A stretch of 64,000 nucleotides of DNA from a virus, in IMG/VR virus record IMGVR_UViG_3300022925_000008, positions 1 to 64,000 of that record, one strand, 5' to 3'. Positions 37,782 to 47,068 of this stretch are shown here, piece after piece (the stretch's first letter is position 1; each line of letters starts with the position of its first letter). A program made the translations under genes and the position numbers. Below the pieces are notes generated by a model that saw only the letters and a program-made list of their open reading frames with translations, searched no databases and had not been told where the DNA came from.

Positions 37782-38470
37782 AGTGTCGTCGTCGATTTTA
37801 TTTTTTGTATAGCGGTGGCATATACACCCATACATCCAAGCATGTTAGGCATAAGTTGTTTGCACATAATCGCGTCGTTGGGCCATGCACCGTATTCTTT
37901 AACGAGTTTCAGTAATTTTTTTGCGCCCTTTGGGTTTATATAGTAAGCAGAATTTCCAGGTAAACCTTGTGGTAAGTTATGGTCGTCGATCCATGGCACA
38001 GGCACTACTTTTTTGCCATGAATAATATCATGATACAATGCCGATTTACGGGTAGCGCCTCGTGGATCATTTAAAGATACTATATTGTAACTCAAATTAT
38101 CAAAGAAAGCAAGGTCTAATTGTCTAATGAATATAGCATCATGCTCAAAGACCAAAAAAGGTTCTTCGTTTTCAGCGCATTTATTCCACAACATCCAATG
38201 TGATAGAAAACACGCCATTCGTTTCTTAGGGTCTTTGGTTTCATATGGCGTCTTTCGCATGCCGCTTTGAATATCCAGGATTTCTTTATCCCATGGGTAG
38301 TTCCATTTGATACCGCGATTAAAAAACCCAGAAGTGACATCTTTAGGTTCTGCTGCTTTGAATTTACTAATCGTAAACTGATTATTAAAATGATTAGAAC
38401 TGTCGATCAATCGGTCAGCGGCTGAAAACGAATCAACGTTTTTTGATAGTGTTATGACAAATGCTTTCAT
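37778..38470 (-). CDS. Glycosyltransferase family 25-like
   Basis: MKAFVITL, ACFLSHWMLWNKC..VFEHDA, GNSAYYINPKGAKKL and WPND motifs. Confidence 0.82.
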   Translation of the reverse strand: MKAFVITLSKNVDSFSAADRLIDSSNHFNNQFTISKFKAAEPKDVTSGFFNRGIKWNYPWDKEILDIQSGMRKTPYETKDPKKRMACFLSHWMLWNKCAENEEPFLVFEHDAIFIRQLDLAFFDNLSYNIVSLNDPRGATRKSALYHDIIHGKKVVPVPWIDDHNLPQGLPGNSAYYINPKGAKKLLKLVKEYGAWPNDAIMCKQLMPNMLGCMGVYATAIQKIKSTTTL

Positions 38471-39159
38471 TAATTACCATGAGAAGTATTTAGATTTACT
38501 TTATTATACCTTACTGGAGAAGGAAAAACAAACTCCATATGAACGTTTAAAGAATTGATATGGAAATCAGATTGTTCTAATCCCCATTTCTCGGAAGCAT
38601 GCAATAGTTTTCTAGCACCTTTAGGAGTGAGACAATATGCTGCGGTTCCAGGAGACATTGTTTGATTTTGATATAATGTGTTCTTGTAATACTTTAACGG
38701 GAAATCAGCGGGAAAGTCATGAACGCCTGGAAAAGGAATATGGCTATACTTGCATAAGTGGGGGTGGTTTGCCAGCACTGTGGGTGGTTTGAAACAATAT
38801 TCAAACGTAAGAAATAAGAACTCGTCAAACGGCGTTGGTTGGTAAGGGGCGATACAAACAGCATCGTGCTCTATAAATGCCATTGGTTGTTTTGCGTCTA
38901 TTACTGCTTCGCAAAATTTTAAATTGTTGAATAAACAACTCTTCTTGATTTTATACTTGTGGGGTTCGTTTTTACTAATCCCGTCAAGTCTTCCATTCTT
39001 TACGTTAGGGTAAGGGAAGTCTTCTTCGTTAAGGGTTTCTGGCGTAATCCCTGGATGCATCTTAACGTCCCATCCGTATTTTGTAAAAGAATCAAATGCT
39101 TTCTTTGCTTGTTTCTCTGAATCTTCTCTGCCCTCGATATAAACTATCTGTCCCTTCAT
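38470..39159 (-). CDS. Glycosyltransferase family 25-like
   Basis: SCLFNN..FIEHDA, GTAAYCLTPKGARKL and QSD motifs. Confidence 0.75.
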   Translation of the reverse strand: MKGQIVYIEGREDSEKQAKKAFDSFTKYGWDVKMHPGITPETLNEEDFPYPNVKNGRLDGISKNEPHKYKIKKSCLFNNLKFCEAVIDAKQPMAFIEHDAVCIAPYQPTPFDEFLFLTFEYCFKPPTVLANHPHLCKYSHIPFPGVHDFPADFPLKYYKNTLYQNQTMSPGTAAYCLTPKGARKLLHASEKWGLEQSDFHINSLNVHMEFVFPSPVRYNKVNLNTSHGN

Positions 39160-39902
39160 TTATTGCTGCCGTGCTCATTGTTTGCTCGCAACCCTTTGAA
39201 ATGACGACAGTGTTTGATCAGGGGAGATTCATTCCAAGCGTGTGTGGCATTTTTCGATAGTCGAGTATGTTTCACCCCATTTTTTGTCGATAAAGAAATC
39301 ATATAATCGTGCACATGACTATCGGTCCATCCAGATTCAATCTGCGTGATTTTGCCGTTATCATATAGATCCATTACAGTATCCCACCACTCATTATTAT
39401 ATGAATGTTCTTTGTCAAATATTACGAACCCAGTTTCAGCGTGCCTTGTTTTTCTATGAAGAAAAGAAGTATACGTGCCTTCGTTGATAAGGGATTTCAT
39501 CCATTCATTACTTGGCGCTGATTCAAAGAGAACATCAGCATCTACCCAAACCATATATCTGTTTTGTTGCGACCTAATAGCCTCGTTCATCGCATAAACT
39601 TTATAACAAAAGCGGTCAGCGTCCCAAAAGTAATAAAGGTTTTTGTTATACACGTCACTATTGCATTCGACATTGGGTGGTATTTTAGAATTTTTAATAG
39701 GCATGAACCATTCTTTAAATTTCTGAATTCTTTCTTCGGGTAATTTATAATATTTTACACGCTCTCTGTCTTCGGGAAGTTCCTGATCCAGATAAACTGA
39801 GATAGTGCAATTGCTGGGTAGGTATTTTTCGCAAGAAGTTACCATGTCATGCCCCCACTTATGCTTTTCGGCGAATGTTGTAACAATATTAAATTCTTGC
39901 AT
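39156..39902 (-). CDS. Putative GT-A glycosyltransferase
   Basis: RFCYKVYA, VWVDAD (DxD), ETGFVIF, WTDSHV and HFKG motifs. Confidence 0.65.
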   Translation of the reverse strand: MQEFNIVTTFAEKHKWGHDMVTSCEKYLPSNCTISVYLDQELPEDRERVKYYKLPEERIQKFKEWFMPIKNSKIPPNVECNSDVYNKNLYYFWDADRFCYKVYAMNEAIRSQQNRYMVWVDADVLFESAPSNEWMKSLINEGTYTSFLHRKTRHAETGFVIFDKEHSYNNEWWDTVMDLYDNGKITQIESGWTDSHVHDYMISLSTKNGVKHTRLSKNATHAWNESPLIKHCRHFKGLRANNEHGSNK

Positions 39903-40239
39903 GTCTTCTCTCTATGTCTTCTTCTACGCACAATTTTCCATACTGCACTTCGAGTATTGAACAGGGTTCGTCAAACGGATTGCAACCTTGGTGCCATGTA
40001 CCTTGGGGTATTACACAAGTTTCATACTCGCTGTAAACTCTTTCGGACTTGCTCTTTTCGTCTTCTAGATATAAAGTGAATTTACCTTTAAGGACAAACC
40101 AATGCTCGTTTCGTTTGAAATGACGTTGAAAAGATAACGCGCCTCCAGGTTCTAAGATTAATTCTTTGACTTTTACGCTAGGTTCTTTTTCAACAAGGAC
40201 ATGCCACCAACCCCAGTCTCTTTTATTTATTTCGTTCAA
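39889..40239 (-). CDS. Cupin, mannose-6-phosphate isomerase type II C-terminal domain
   Basis: RDWGWW, PGGALSFQRHFKRNEHWFV, WHQ and ILEVQYG..EEDIER motifs. Confidence 0.85.
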   Translation of the reverse strand: MNEINKRDWGWWHVLVEKEPSVKVKELILEPGGALSFQRHFKRNEHWFVLKGKFTLYLEDEKSKSERVYSEYETCVIPQGTWHQGCNPFDEPCSILEVQYGKLCVEEDIERRHARI

Positions 40240-41194
40240 TGTCAGCCTCTACCATCATAGCAACCAAACTACCGATTGGTGTTTTGGGTTCCCAACCCAA
40301 TACTCTTTTAGCCTTTGCTGGATTGCCCAGAAGAACATCCAATTCTGCCGGACGAACGAAAGCAGGGTCTTGATAAACATAATTGCTCCAGTCTTCAATA
40401 CCGATCTCCATAAACGCCAAGTCTAGAAAATCTTTAATAGTGTAGGTAGATCCGGTAGCGATCACAAAATCATCAGGTTCGTTATGCTGTAGCATCATCC
40501 ACATTGCTTCTACGTAATCGCCGCTAAACCCCCAATCACGTTTAGAATCTAGATTACCCAAAGAAACTTTGTCCTGAATCCCTAACGAAATTTTAGCAAC
40601 AGCGTCGGTTATTTTTCGAGTAACAAATTCGATTCCACGCACAGGACTTTCGTGATTGAACAGAATGCCATTGGCGGCAAACATACCATAACTCTCACGA
40701 TAGTTGACCACCATATTATGTGCAAATGTTTTTGCAACACCATAGGGCGACCGAGGAACAAAATTAGTGTTTTCGTCTTTGGGTTGAGATCCCCCACAAT
40801 TTCCATACATTTCAGAAGTGCTTGCTTGATAGATCTTAGTATGGGGAGAGAAATTCTTGACGGCCTCCAAAACATAAAGCACGCCCATAGCATTTACATT
40901 AGAAGTATATACTGGGGTGTCCCAACTCGACCCAACGAAACTCATAGCAGCAAGATTGTATAGTTCGTCGGGAAGGGTTTTCTTTATCACATTTTGGATA
41001 CTACACTGATCAGTCATATCAGCGTTAATAAATTCAACGCCTCTGACATTTAACCAATCTAAATTGGCGTAGGATTGATTTACTCGGCGGGAAGATAAAC
41101 CATATACTTTATACCCCTTTCCTAACAAAAGTTTAGCTAGGTAAGCGCCGTCTTGACCCATTATGCCTGTAATCAAAGCAGTTTTCATAATCAA
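40223..41194 (-). CDS. gmd: GDP-mannose 4,6-dehydratase
   Basis: ALITGIMGQDGAYLA, YNLAAMSFV, YQASTSEMYG, PRSPYGVAK, GILFNHESP and RDWG motifs. Confidence 0.97.
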   Translation of the reverse strand: MIMKTALITGIMGQDGAYLAKLLLGKGYKVYGLSSRRVNQSYANLDWLNVRGVEFINADMTDQCSIQNVIKKTLPDELYNLAAMSFVGSSWDTPVYTSNVNAMGVLYVLEAVKNFSPHTKIYQASTSEMYGNCGGSQPKDENTNFVPRSPYGVAKTFAHNMVVNYRESYGMFAANGILFNHESPVRGIEFVTRKITDAVAKISLGIQDKVSLGNLDSKRDWGFSGDYVEAMWMMLQHNEPDDFVIATGSTYTIKDFLDLAFMEIGIEDWSNYVYQDPAFVRPAELDVLLGNPAKAKRVLGWEPKTPIGSLVAMMVEADIERNK

Positions 41195-41559
41195 TTAGTC
41201 CTATGACTTTTATGTTCAGTTATTTCCGAGTCAGTCAATTTATCTATAATCTTTTTAACTCGTGCTCTTTCGTCGTTAAACATATAGACGCACCTTGCCA
41301 GTTGAACAAACTCCTCATCAAACAACCCGTCGATTTCTTTCGATCTTTTGCCCTCTTCAACATTCCAACAGGCCATGTTGATTGACTTCAATATGTACTT
41401 CAAGTCTTGACCAATCCGGTCAGGCAAATTGCATTTTTCTGCTATGTCTTTGAGTTTATCCAACTCTAAATTAGTGTCGAGTCCATGCTGTCTTTTTATC
41501 TCTAAAATGGTAATTTTATCTAACAACTCACCAACGCTGATTGGTACTTCAATCTTCAT
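41191..41559 (-). CDS. DUF6165-like protein
   Basis: VPISVGELLDKITILEIK, WNVEE, VYMFNDERARVK..I and EHKS motifs. Confidence 0.75.
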   Translation of the reverse strand: MKIEVPISVGELLDKITILEIKRQHGLDTNLELDKLKDIAEKCNLPDRIGQDLKYILKSINMACWNVEEGKRSKEIDGLFDEEFVQLARCVYMFNDERARVKKIIDKLTDSEITEHKSHRTN

Positions 41560-42323
41560 AATAAAAAATTCACCTTAGTTCCATTCTGTTGAGCCCATGT
41601 TACATGATTATGATTTCTATTAGTATATACTCTAATTTTATCGTAAGGTTTGTATAGATGAGCTAAATGGAAGAAACCTGAGTTGGCCCCTATATGGTAA
41701 TGAGCATGCTTCATACAGTAGGCAATGTGTTTGATAGAATTGGGCGAAAAGGGTTTCTTCTGCTCGATGTGAAGTTCTCCTCCGTTTATTGTGATAATTT
41801 TATATCCCATATCTCCATATATTTTTCTCACAGAGGCAACTTGACTTGGATTTATGGATCTAGATTGATCTTGTGAGTCCCACTGTTCTGTTACATACTT
41901 GTCGGGGAGATCCATATATTCAGAAAGATCCTCAACATCAAGCTCAGGTAAGGTTTTTATATATTGAGTAATCTCAAACGTAGCTACCGGCACCTTGTTA
42001 AAATAGTAATAGGTCTCTACGTCTGCATATCCTTTCTTGCGAAGATAGATTACCCATTCGTTTTCTAGCAGATCCCCTACTGGGTGGTTAATTAAATTAA
42101 TATGCCCTTTGGGAATTAACTCAAGAAGTTCTTTCCATGAGTTGTTTTTCTTATCATTCTGACCCCATTGTCTAGAACTAAGGTGCACATTAACTTCAGT
42201 GTTGTGATGCACAGAATATTGATACATGAGAAGAAGGGTGTGGATTCTATCCCCAAGTCCTGCTACAGTATAAGGTTGACCATTACCTCTTGATCTACAG
42301 TTAACAGCAATATTCTTTACCAT
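41556..42323 (-). CDS. Putative GT-B type glycosyltransferase (GT9/GT11-like)
   Basis: GLGDRI N-terminal motif and HIGANSGFFHLA C-terminal motif. Confidence 0.5.
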   Translation of the reverse strand: MVKNIAVNCRSRGNGQPYTVAGLGDRIHTLLLMYQYSVHHNTEVNVHLSSRQWGQNDKKNNSWKELLELIPKGHINLINHPVGDLLENEWVIYLRKKGYADVETYYYFNKVPVATFEITQYIKTLPELDVEDLSEYMDLPDKYVTEQWDSQDQSRSINPSQVASVRKIYGDMGYKIITINGGELHIEQKKPFSPNSIKHIAYCMKHAHYHIGANSGFFHLAHLYKPYDKIRVYTNRNHNHVTWAQQNGTKVNFLL

Positions 42324-43141
42324 CCAAACGCACCGAGGATAACATCTGGTTTATTACCTTTCGAGTTAGGTTTATCCAAAGAAGTTGGGAATACCAATTG
42401 CTCATCTGTGAACTCTACAAGATCATTTCTGACATAAGATACCTCTATAACCTCTGCCATTGTCTTACCTTTCACCCCAAACAAACCAACATAGTTGTTA
42501 GCATGAATATGATAAGGGGTGAAGTTGGCAGATAAATTCTTCAGCGCCTTTTCTATAAGTGAAAGACGATTAACATCAGAACAGTAATGAAGAAACCAAT
42601 GAAACTCTAAAATAATTTGTGAAAACTGACCTAAAGTATTTTGTGAGACATTAGCAAATGCTTGCCATTCAGCTCCTTCAATATCACATTGCAACAACAT
42701 ATCCTTTTCTTGGGTATGATTATTATCTTCAATAATAGTGGATATAGTTTTCAGAGGTCCCTCATTCTTAGGACCAATCCCTGTCTTATGAAAGATCAGA
42801 TTGGGGTGCTGTACAGGGGATCCTCTGACAGTATGATCATACATGTGGATGTCATATCCATAATCTTTTATTTGTTCTTCCCACTTAGCTGTTTTACCAA
42901 CCCCGAATGAATATGCAACATTACCTTTGGGTATCAGTTGCTCGAGCATAATGTATCCCCCGTCTCGTTCGCCTCCGACACGAATCATATCGAGGTCTTT
43001 CACTCTTTTAGGATTGAGGTTCTTTAAAACATCTGCTATTCGATTTTGATTGAGTTCGTAGTAGAGCTGCTCATGTGATTGAAGTTTGGAATATCCTGAC
43101 GGCCATCCTGGTTTTCCTGTCCACTCATATATTCCTTGCAT
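42317..43141 (-). CDS. SAM-dependent methyltransferase (FkbM / Methyltransf_22-like)
   Basis: RVGGERDGGY, YSFGVG, CDIEGAEW, QIILEFH and HIHANN motifs. Confidence 0.82.
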   Translation of the reverse strand: MQGIYEWTGKPGWPSGYSKLQSHEQLYYELNQNRIADVLKNLNPKRVKDLDMIRVGGERDGGYIMLEQLIPKGNVAYSFGVGKTAKWEEQIKDYGYDIHMYDHTVRGSPVQHPNLIFHKTGIGPKNEGPLKTISTIIEDNNHTQEKDMLLQCDIEGAEWQAFANVSQNTLGQFSQIILEFHWFLHYCSDVNRLSLIEKALKNLSANFTPYHIHANNYVGLFGVKGKTMAEVIEVSYVRNDLVEFTDEQLVFPTSLDKPNSKGNKPDVILGAFGW

Positions 43142-43934
43142 AGTCTACTCCTACTTGTTTTAATAATTGCTCTACGTTTTCTCCACCCAAAGGCAATTTG
43201 TCTTTCAGGAAAAAATGTATAAAATGAGCGTCAGTGATTTTGTTTTCATCCACAGCAGTATACAATGCATTGAATTTCCAGTCTAGGTGTTTCACATTCA
43301 TCTTTTCTTTTTTGATCCACCAATTGAGCAGGGTTTGATCGGTTGACCATTTCCAAGCACCAAGACCATCAACAAACCTTTGGAACTCATAACGCTTTAG
43401 GAATTGTTGCGGGGATTGACCTTTGAGGTATTTGGCAAAAGACTTATTCATAACCATTAACCCCATGTTGAAGAACTCTCCTCCAGAGGTGTTCCATTTC
43501 CAGTCAACGTCCGTCAAAGAGGAGTATTGCATTCTAGAGTAATTGGTAATTTTATCTTTGTACCATTTTTGAATGGGCGCGTCTCTTTCACAGACGGCTG
43601 CAAAATCATGATCACCAATCTCGTCAAACAAGTTTGGTGCAGAATCCTTTATAAAGATATCGGCGTCGACAATGGCTATCTGATCGTAGCGATCAAAATA
43701 TTTAAATGCGTTTTCTTTTTCATAGATAGGAAGATATCCGCCATATTTCATATATGACTCTTCAGATCTATTTGAAGTAAAAATGTCTGGTCTGATTCGA
43801 AGAATTGGTTTCTTTTGAACTATATGATCGATGTTGTATCTTTTGCAATATGTTGCAGCCGATTCAATACACTTATCGTATAGGTTAGACCTTTTGCCGC
43901 CCACGTAAACTTGGTAAATCAAACTCTGCATCAT
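43125..43934 (-). CDS. GT-A glycosyltransferase (GT8/GT34-like)
   Basis: IAIVDADI (DxD), FFNMGLMV, TDQTLLNWW and FIHFF motifs. Confidence 0.75.
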   Translation of the reverse strand: MMQSLIYQVYVGGKRSNLYDKCIESAATYCKRYNIDHIVQKKPILRIRPDIFTSNRSEESYMKYGGYLPIYEKENAFKYFDRYDQIAIVDADIFIKDSAPNLFDEIGDHDFAAVCERDAPIQKWYKDKITNYSRMQYSSLTDVDWKWNTSGGEFFNMGLMVMNKSFAKYLKGQSPQQFLKRYEFQRFVDGLGAWKWSTDQTLLNWWIKKEKMNVKHLDWKFNALYTAVDENKITDAHFIHFFLKDKLPLGGENVEQLLKQVGVDYARNI

Positions 43935-44052
43935 ACAACTCGCTTTGTCTCATATTTTCTTTAGGTTTAGGAGAACTAAACCTTTTCTCAGACTTATACT
44001 TATCGTTTCTTTTTTTCTTGTTTCTCACGTCAAACTTTGAATATTTGGCCAT
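43885..44052 (-). CDS. Small basic protein (55 aa)
   Basis: Manual ORF MAKYSKFDVRNKKKRNDKY..; ATG overlaps the BTLCP stop. Confidence 0.55.
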   Translation of the reverse strand: MAKYSKFDVRNKKKRNDKYKSEKRFSSPKPKENMRQSELYDAEFDLPSLRGRQKV

Positions 44053-44468
44053 CACTTCTTCCAAAACTTTCCTTGTGTTAATTTAATGACTACCGTAAAA
44101 GGGTTGTAATAATATTTAAAGGTCCAATCGTATTGTGCGTAATCTTTTTCATAGTCAATTCTATTAGACCATTTACGTTTCCAATTATCCACATACATTC
44201 CATCATGATAAAGAATGGCGTGACCACCACCATTCACTGTTACAAAACAAACCCTGAACTTTCTTGTCAGTAACATCCACAAAAACTTTAATCTACTTTG
44301 ACCAGCAAGCAACCAAGCAACAGTGAGTGCATAGTCTTCACAATCGCCTTGATCTTTATCAAGACTAACGTCTAACACGCGCCAATAATCTGCTACTTCA
44401 TATTGATCTTTGTCATACTCATACTCAAACAATGAGTTTACTTTTTCTACGGACTTGATCTTATCCAT
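44052..44468 (-). CDS. Transglutaminase-like cysteine proteinase (BTLCP / Peptidase C93, LapG-like)
   Basis: DYW..GDCEDYA..HAIL..VDN, a Cys-His-Asp triad pattern. Confidence 0.8.
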   Translation of the reverse strand: MDKIKSVEKVNSLFEYEYDKDQYEVADYWRVLDVSLDKDQGDCEDYALTVAWLLAGQSRLKFLWMLLTRKFRVCFVTVNGGGHAILYHDGMYVDNWKRKWSNRIDYEKDYAQYDWTFKYYYNPFTVVIKLTQGKFWKK

Positions 44469-44469
44469 G

Positions 44470-44613
44470 TTATTTGCCTTGCCCTCTATATTTTTTATAA
44501 TTTGCTTTCTTCTTCTTGTTCATAGAAGACGTGTTGAAGTGTCCTCTGCCAATAGAAGTTCCTTTGGGTTTGTGCTCAACTTTGGTATTACTAGACGATA
44601 ATGCCTTTGCCAT
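44470..44613 (-). CDS. Small basic conserved T4-like protein (47 aa)
   Basis: Manual ORF ending KGTSIGRGHFNTSSMNKKKKANYKKYRGQGK. Confidence 0.7.
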   Translation of the reverse strand: MAKALSSSNTKVEHKPKGTSIGRGHFNTSSMNKKKKANYKKYRGQGK

Positions 44614-45059
44614 CAGATACTCTCCAACCTAACCATTAGTCGTTCAGCGCGATTGGTCACCTGCTTGTGCCATCGCGAGTCGCGTCCCTCAACTGCGGCT
44701 TCTTTCCAGTCGCCTGCATCGAGTGCAGCGTTGAATTTCTTAAACTTAGACAAACGTGTTCTACCCATGTTGAACATCATGTTGACCACGATCTGTTGGA
44801 CCTCTTCGGGAAAGTTGTCAAACGTCCCTTCGCCGTATAAAGCGTGACACTCACTGATTGAGGTGTCAAGGTCTTTTTCAAAACATTCCCATACTCGTTC
44901 TTCGGAGATTGGTGTTCCGAATTCTTGACCCCATTCGGGATCTTCGTTGATGACAAGGTGCCCCACGCCAAAGGTGTGGTAACCGAGATGGTCTGCATAT
45001 ATTTCATACTTCACACCCTCGTCTACTTTTAGTGTTTCGAAAATTTCTTCACGATTCAT
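44613..45059 (-). CDS. Endolysin, T4-lysozyme-like (GH24)
   Basis: LKVDEG..YADHLGYHTFGVGHL (E-x8-D-x5-T), NMMFNMG and DSRWHKQVTNRA motifs. Confidence 0.92.
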   Translation of the reverse strand: MNREEIFETLKVDEGVKYEIYADHLGYHTFGVGHLVINEDPEWGQEFGTPISEERVWECFEKDLDTSISECHALYGEGTFDNFPEEVQQIVVNMMFNMGRTRLSKFKKFNAALDAGDWKEAAVEGRDSRWHKQVTNRAERLMVRLESI

Positions 45060-45249
45060 TTAATTTCTCCAATGTTGAGAGCAATTCATCGTATTTTGCG
45101 ATTTGCTCTAGTTCTTTTTCTAGCGTTTCCATAAAGTCACCATGTTCCGCCACCCCTACAGGATTATCGAGAAAAGTTTCCCAATTACAAATATGTTTTG
45201 CGCGCTGTCCCTGTAAATACATTTTCATTGCTTCTTTAATAAGAGTCAC
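45049..45249 (-). CDS. Conserved small hypothetical protein
   Basis: NPVGVAEHGDF motif; coupled to phoH and the lysozyme. Confidence 0.7.
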   Translation of the reverse strand: MTLIKEAMKMYLQGQRAKHICNWETFLDNPVGVAEHGDFMETLEKELEQIAKYDELLSTLEKLNES

Positions 45250-45968
45250 TTAATTCCCATCCATTCTTTTGTCATTATGTAGTCGCGAACAAAGTCGCTA
45301 CGGATGATGTCTTCCCACCCAAACTCAACATGCGTGAAACTCTTCATGTTGTCTAGAATACTTAAAAACTGGTTTACACCATTCTTATCTTTTTCTTGTT
45401 TAAAATCACTCTGATAGTAATCACCACAAAATACTATTTTGGTTGCTTGACCCACCCGTGTGATAACAGAATCCAACTCGTGAAAGTTTAGGTTCTGCAT
45501 CTCATCTACCAGAATGATACTGCTATCATATGTCACGCCTCTTATATATGAGGTTGATTCAAACGTGATATAATTGTTATGTACCAATTTGTCATATGCT
45601 TTCGGGTCGTTAAATAACTCAGTAGCAGCTGCACGATATGGTCCTGTGTATGCGTTGAGTTTCTCTTCAATAGTTCCTGGCAAGTAACCCATTTCTCGAG
45701 TAGGCACTACACTCCGAATGATGTGTAATGTATCAAACGGCGAGTTCTTATCCATGACCTCTTCTAGTGCAAGATACATAGCAAGAAATGTCTTACCAGT
45801 GCCGGCAGTACCCGTAAGTGCAAGATGATCGCCATCGCGCCAACCTTGCCACGCGTCTTCTTGGTGTGGAGTTATAGGTGCAATAGTCACCAATTGATCC
45901 AGGCGAATCTTCATGTCTGGAATAGTGGTTTTAATAGAAGGAATTTGTTGTGATTGTTTTTTCATCAA
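45246..45968 (-). CDS. phoH: PhoH-like ATPase
   Basis: GTAGTGKT Walker A, RSVVPTREMGYLPG, YIRGVT, VDEMQN and FCGDYYQSD motifs. Confidence 0.95.
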   Translation of the reverse strand: MMKKQSQQIPSIKTTIPDMKIRLDQLVTIAPITPHQEDAWQGWRDGDHLALTGTAGTGKTFLAMYLALEEVMDKNSPFDTLHIIRSVVPTREMGYLPGTIEEKLNAYTGPYRAAATELFNDPKAYDKLVHNNYITFESTSYIRGVTYDSSIILVDEMQNLNFHELDSVITRVGQATKIVFCGDYYQSDFKQEKDKNGVNQFLSILDNMKSFTHVEFGWEDIIRSDFVRDYIMTKEWMGIK

Positions 45969-46246
45969 TAAGTTTTTATTGTGTTGTCTACAAATCCATG
46001 CTTGCGCTTCTTTTCGGCGGACAATTGGCTGTTGCCACCAGAGCCTTTCTTAATTGTCTTGAGCAGATCTCTCCAATCTCCAGATGTTTTTGATAAAACG
46101 CCTCCAGACTGAGTAACAATTTCAGGGGTGCCAAGGTGGACTTGCACCCATTCACCTTGTGCAACTAGTTCTTCTTTTTTTGAAATAGAGAGGATCATTT
46201 CTTTAACCTCGCCAGTTTCTATATTTCTTAAATCGTATGTTGGCAT
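45965..46246 (-). CDS. FmdB-like conserved T4-type small protein
   Basis: MPTYDLRNIETGEVKE and GDWRDLLKTIKK motifs. Confidence 0.7.
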   Translation of the reverse strand: MPTYDLRNIETGEVKEMILSISKKEELVAQGEWVQVHLGTPEIVTQSGGVLSKTSGDWRDLLKTIKKGSGGNSQLSAEKKRKHGFVDNTIKTY

Positions 46247-46818
46247 TAACTTACCTTAAATTCAAATTGTGATTCGCCCAGCCGTCTAGGTTTCCATCCA
46301 GTATTTATTAAAGAATTAACTGCTTTTGTTACCCCCTCCTTTCCAATGCCGTGCACCCAAGAATAATCATCTCCGAAAATAGATCCGCCAAATTTCACTT
46401 TCTTTTTACAAAGAAGAAGATCTGCTTTACACCCTTCGTATCCGTGGTCACCGTCGACATATGCCCAATCAAAGTAGTTGTCGGGGAATTCGTTTAAAAA
46501 ATCTATAGAGAATTTACGGTGTATTTTTACGTTTGGTAAACTACCAAAACGGGCAACAACTTTATCATAAACTCTTTCGTAATAAGCGTCCCAATCTTTT
46601 CGCGATTTTGATCCAATCTTTTCAGCGTAACGATCGAGTAGTCGTTCAGTGAGAGGTTCCGGTGTTTGCCATGGATCAACCATATGAAACTCTTTAAGAT
46701 TACGATTGATAAATTTCGCAGAAGAATTTCCCTCCCAAATCCCAATTTCAACCCCGATAGAATTTGGCGGAATAAAAGGCAACACGTTAACAACCTGTGT
46801 ATTAGTACCATGCATCAT
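46246..46818 (-). CDS. Class I SAM-dependent methyltransferase (Methyltransf_24-like)
   Basis: VEIGIWEG, VDPW, FDWAYVDGDHGY and GGSIFGDDY motifs. Confidence 0.88.
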   Translation of the reverse strand: MMHGTNTQVVNVLPFIPPNSIGVEIGIWEGNSSAKFINRNLKEFHMVDPWQTPEPLTERLLDRYAEKIGSKSRKDWDAYYERVYDKVVARFGSLPNVKIHRKFSIDFLNEFPDNYFDWAYVDGDHGYEGCKADLLLCKKKVKFGGSIFGDDYSWVHGIGKEGVTKAVNSLINTGWKPRRLGESQFEFKVS

Positions 46819-46833
46819 AATGTATTTTCCTTT

Positions 46834-46856
46834 AAAAAAGTGCCCCGAAGGGCACT
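46834..46856 (-). terminator. Rho-independent terminator AGTGCCC-TTCG-GGGCAC + U6
   Basis: UUCG tetraloop hairpin with T tract. Confidence 0.88.
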
Positions 46857-46870
46857 CCGTTAGATGAGGA

Positions 46871-47029
46871 TCACCCCCTTGTGACTTGTTGTATCGCCGC
46901 GTCTAAGAATGCTTGTTTTCTTAGCATCTTATGGGCAGCTTCTCCCTTTCCTTTTTTATTTAACTTGTGAATATAATGTCCAAGTTCCCTAGAGTCTTTC
47001 TTTAAACGTTCTATTTGGTTTACTACCAT
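46871..47029 (-). CDS. Small basic helical protein (52 aa)
   Basis: AAGGAG RBS; MVVNQIERLKKDSRELGHYIHKL..VTRG. Confidence 0.7.
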   Translation of the reverse strand: MVVNQIERLKKDSRELGHYIHKLNKKGKGEAAHKMLRKQAFLDAAIQQVTRG

Positions 47030-47068
47030 AGGCAAGTCTCCTTGTTATCGATTTGGTTATTCACATAA

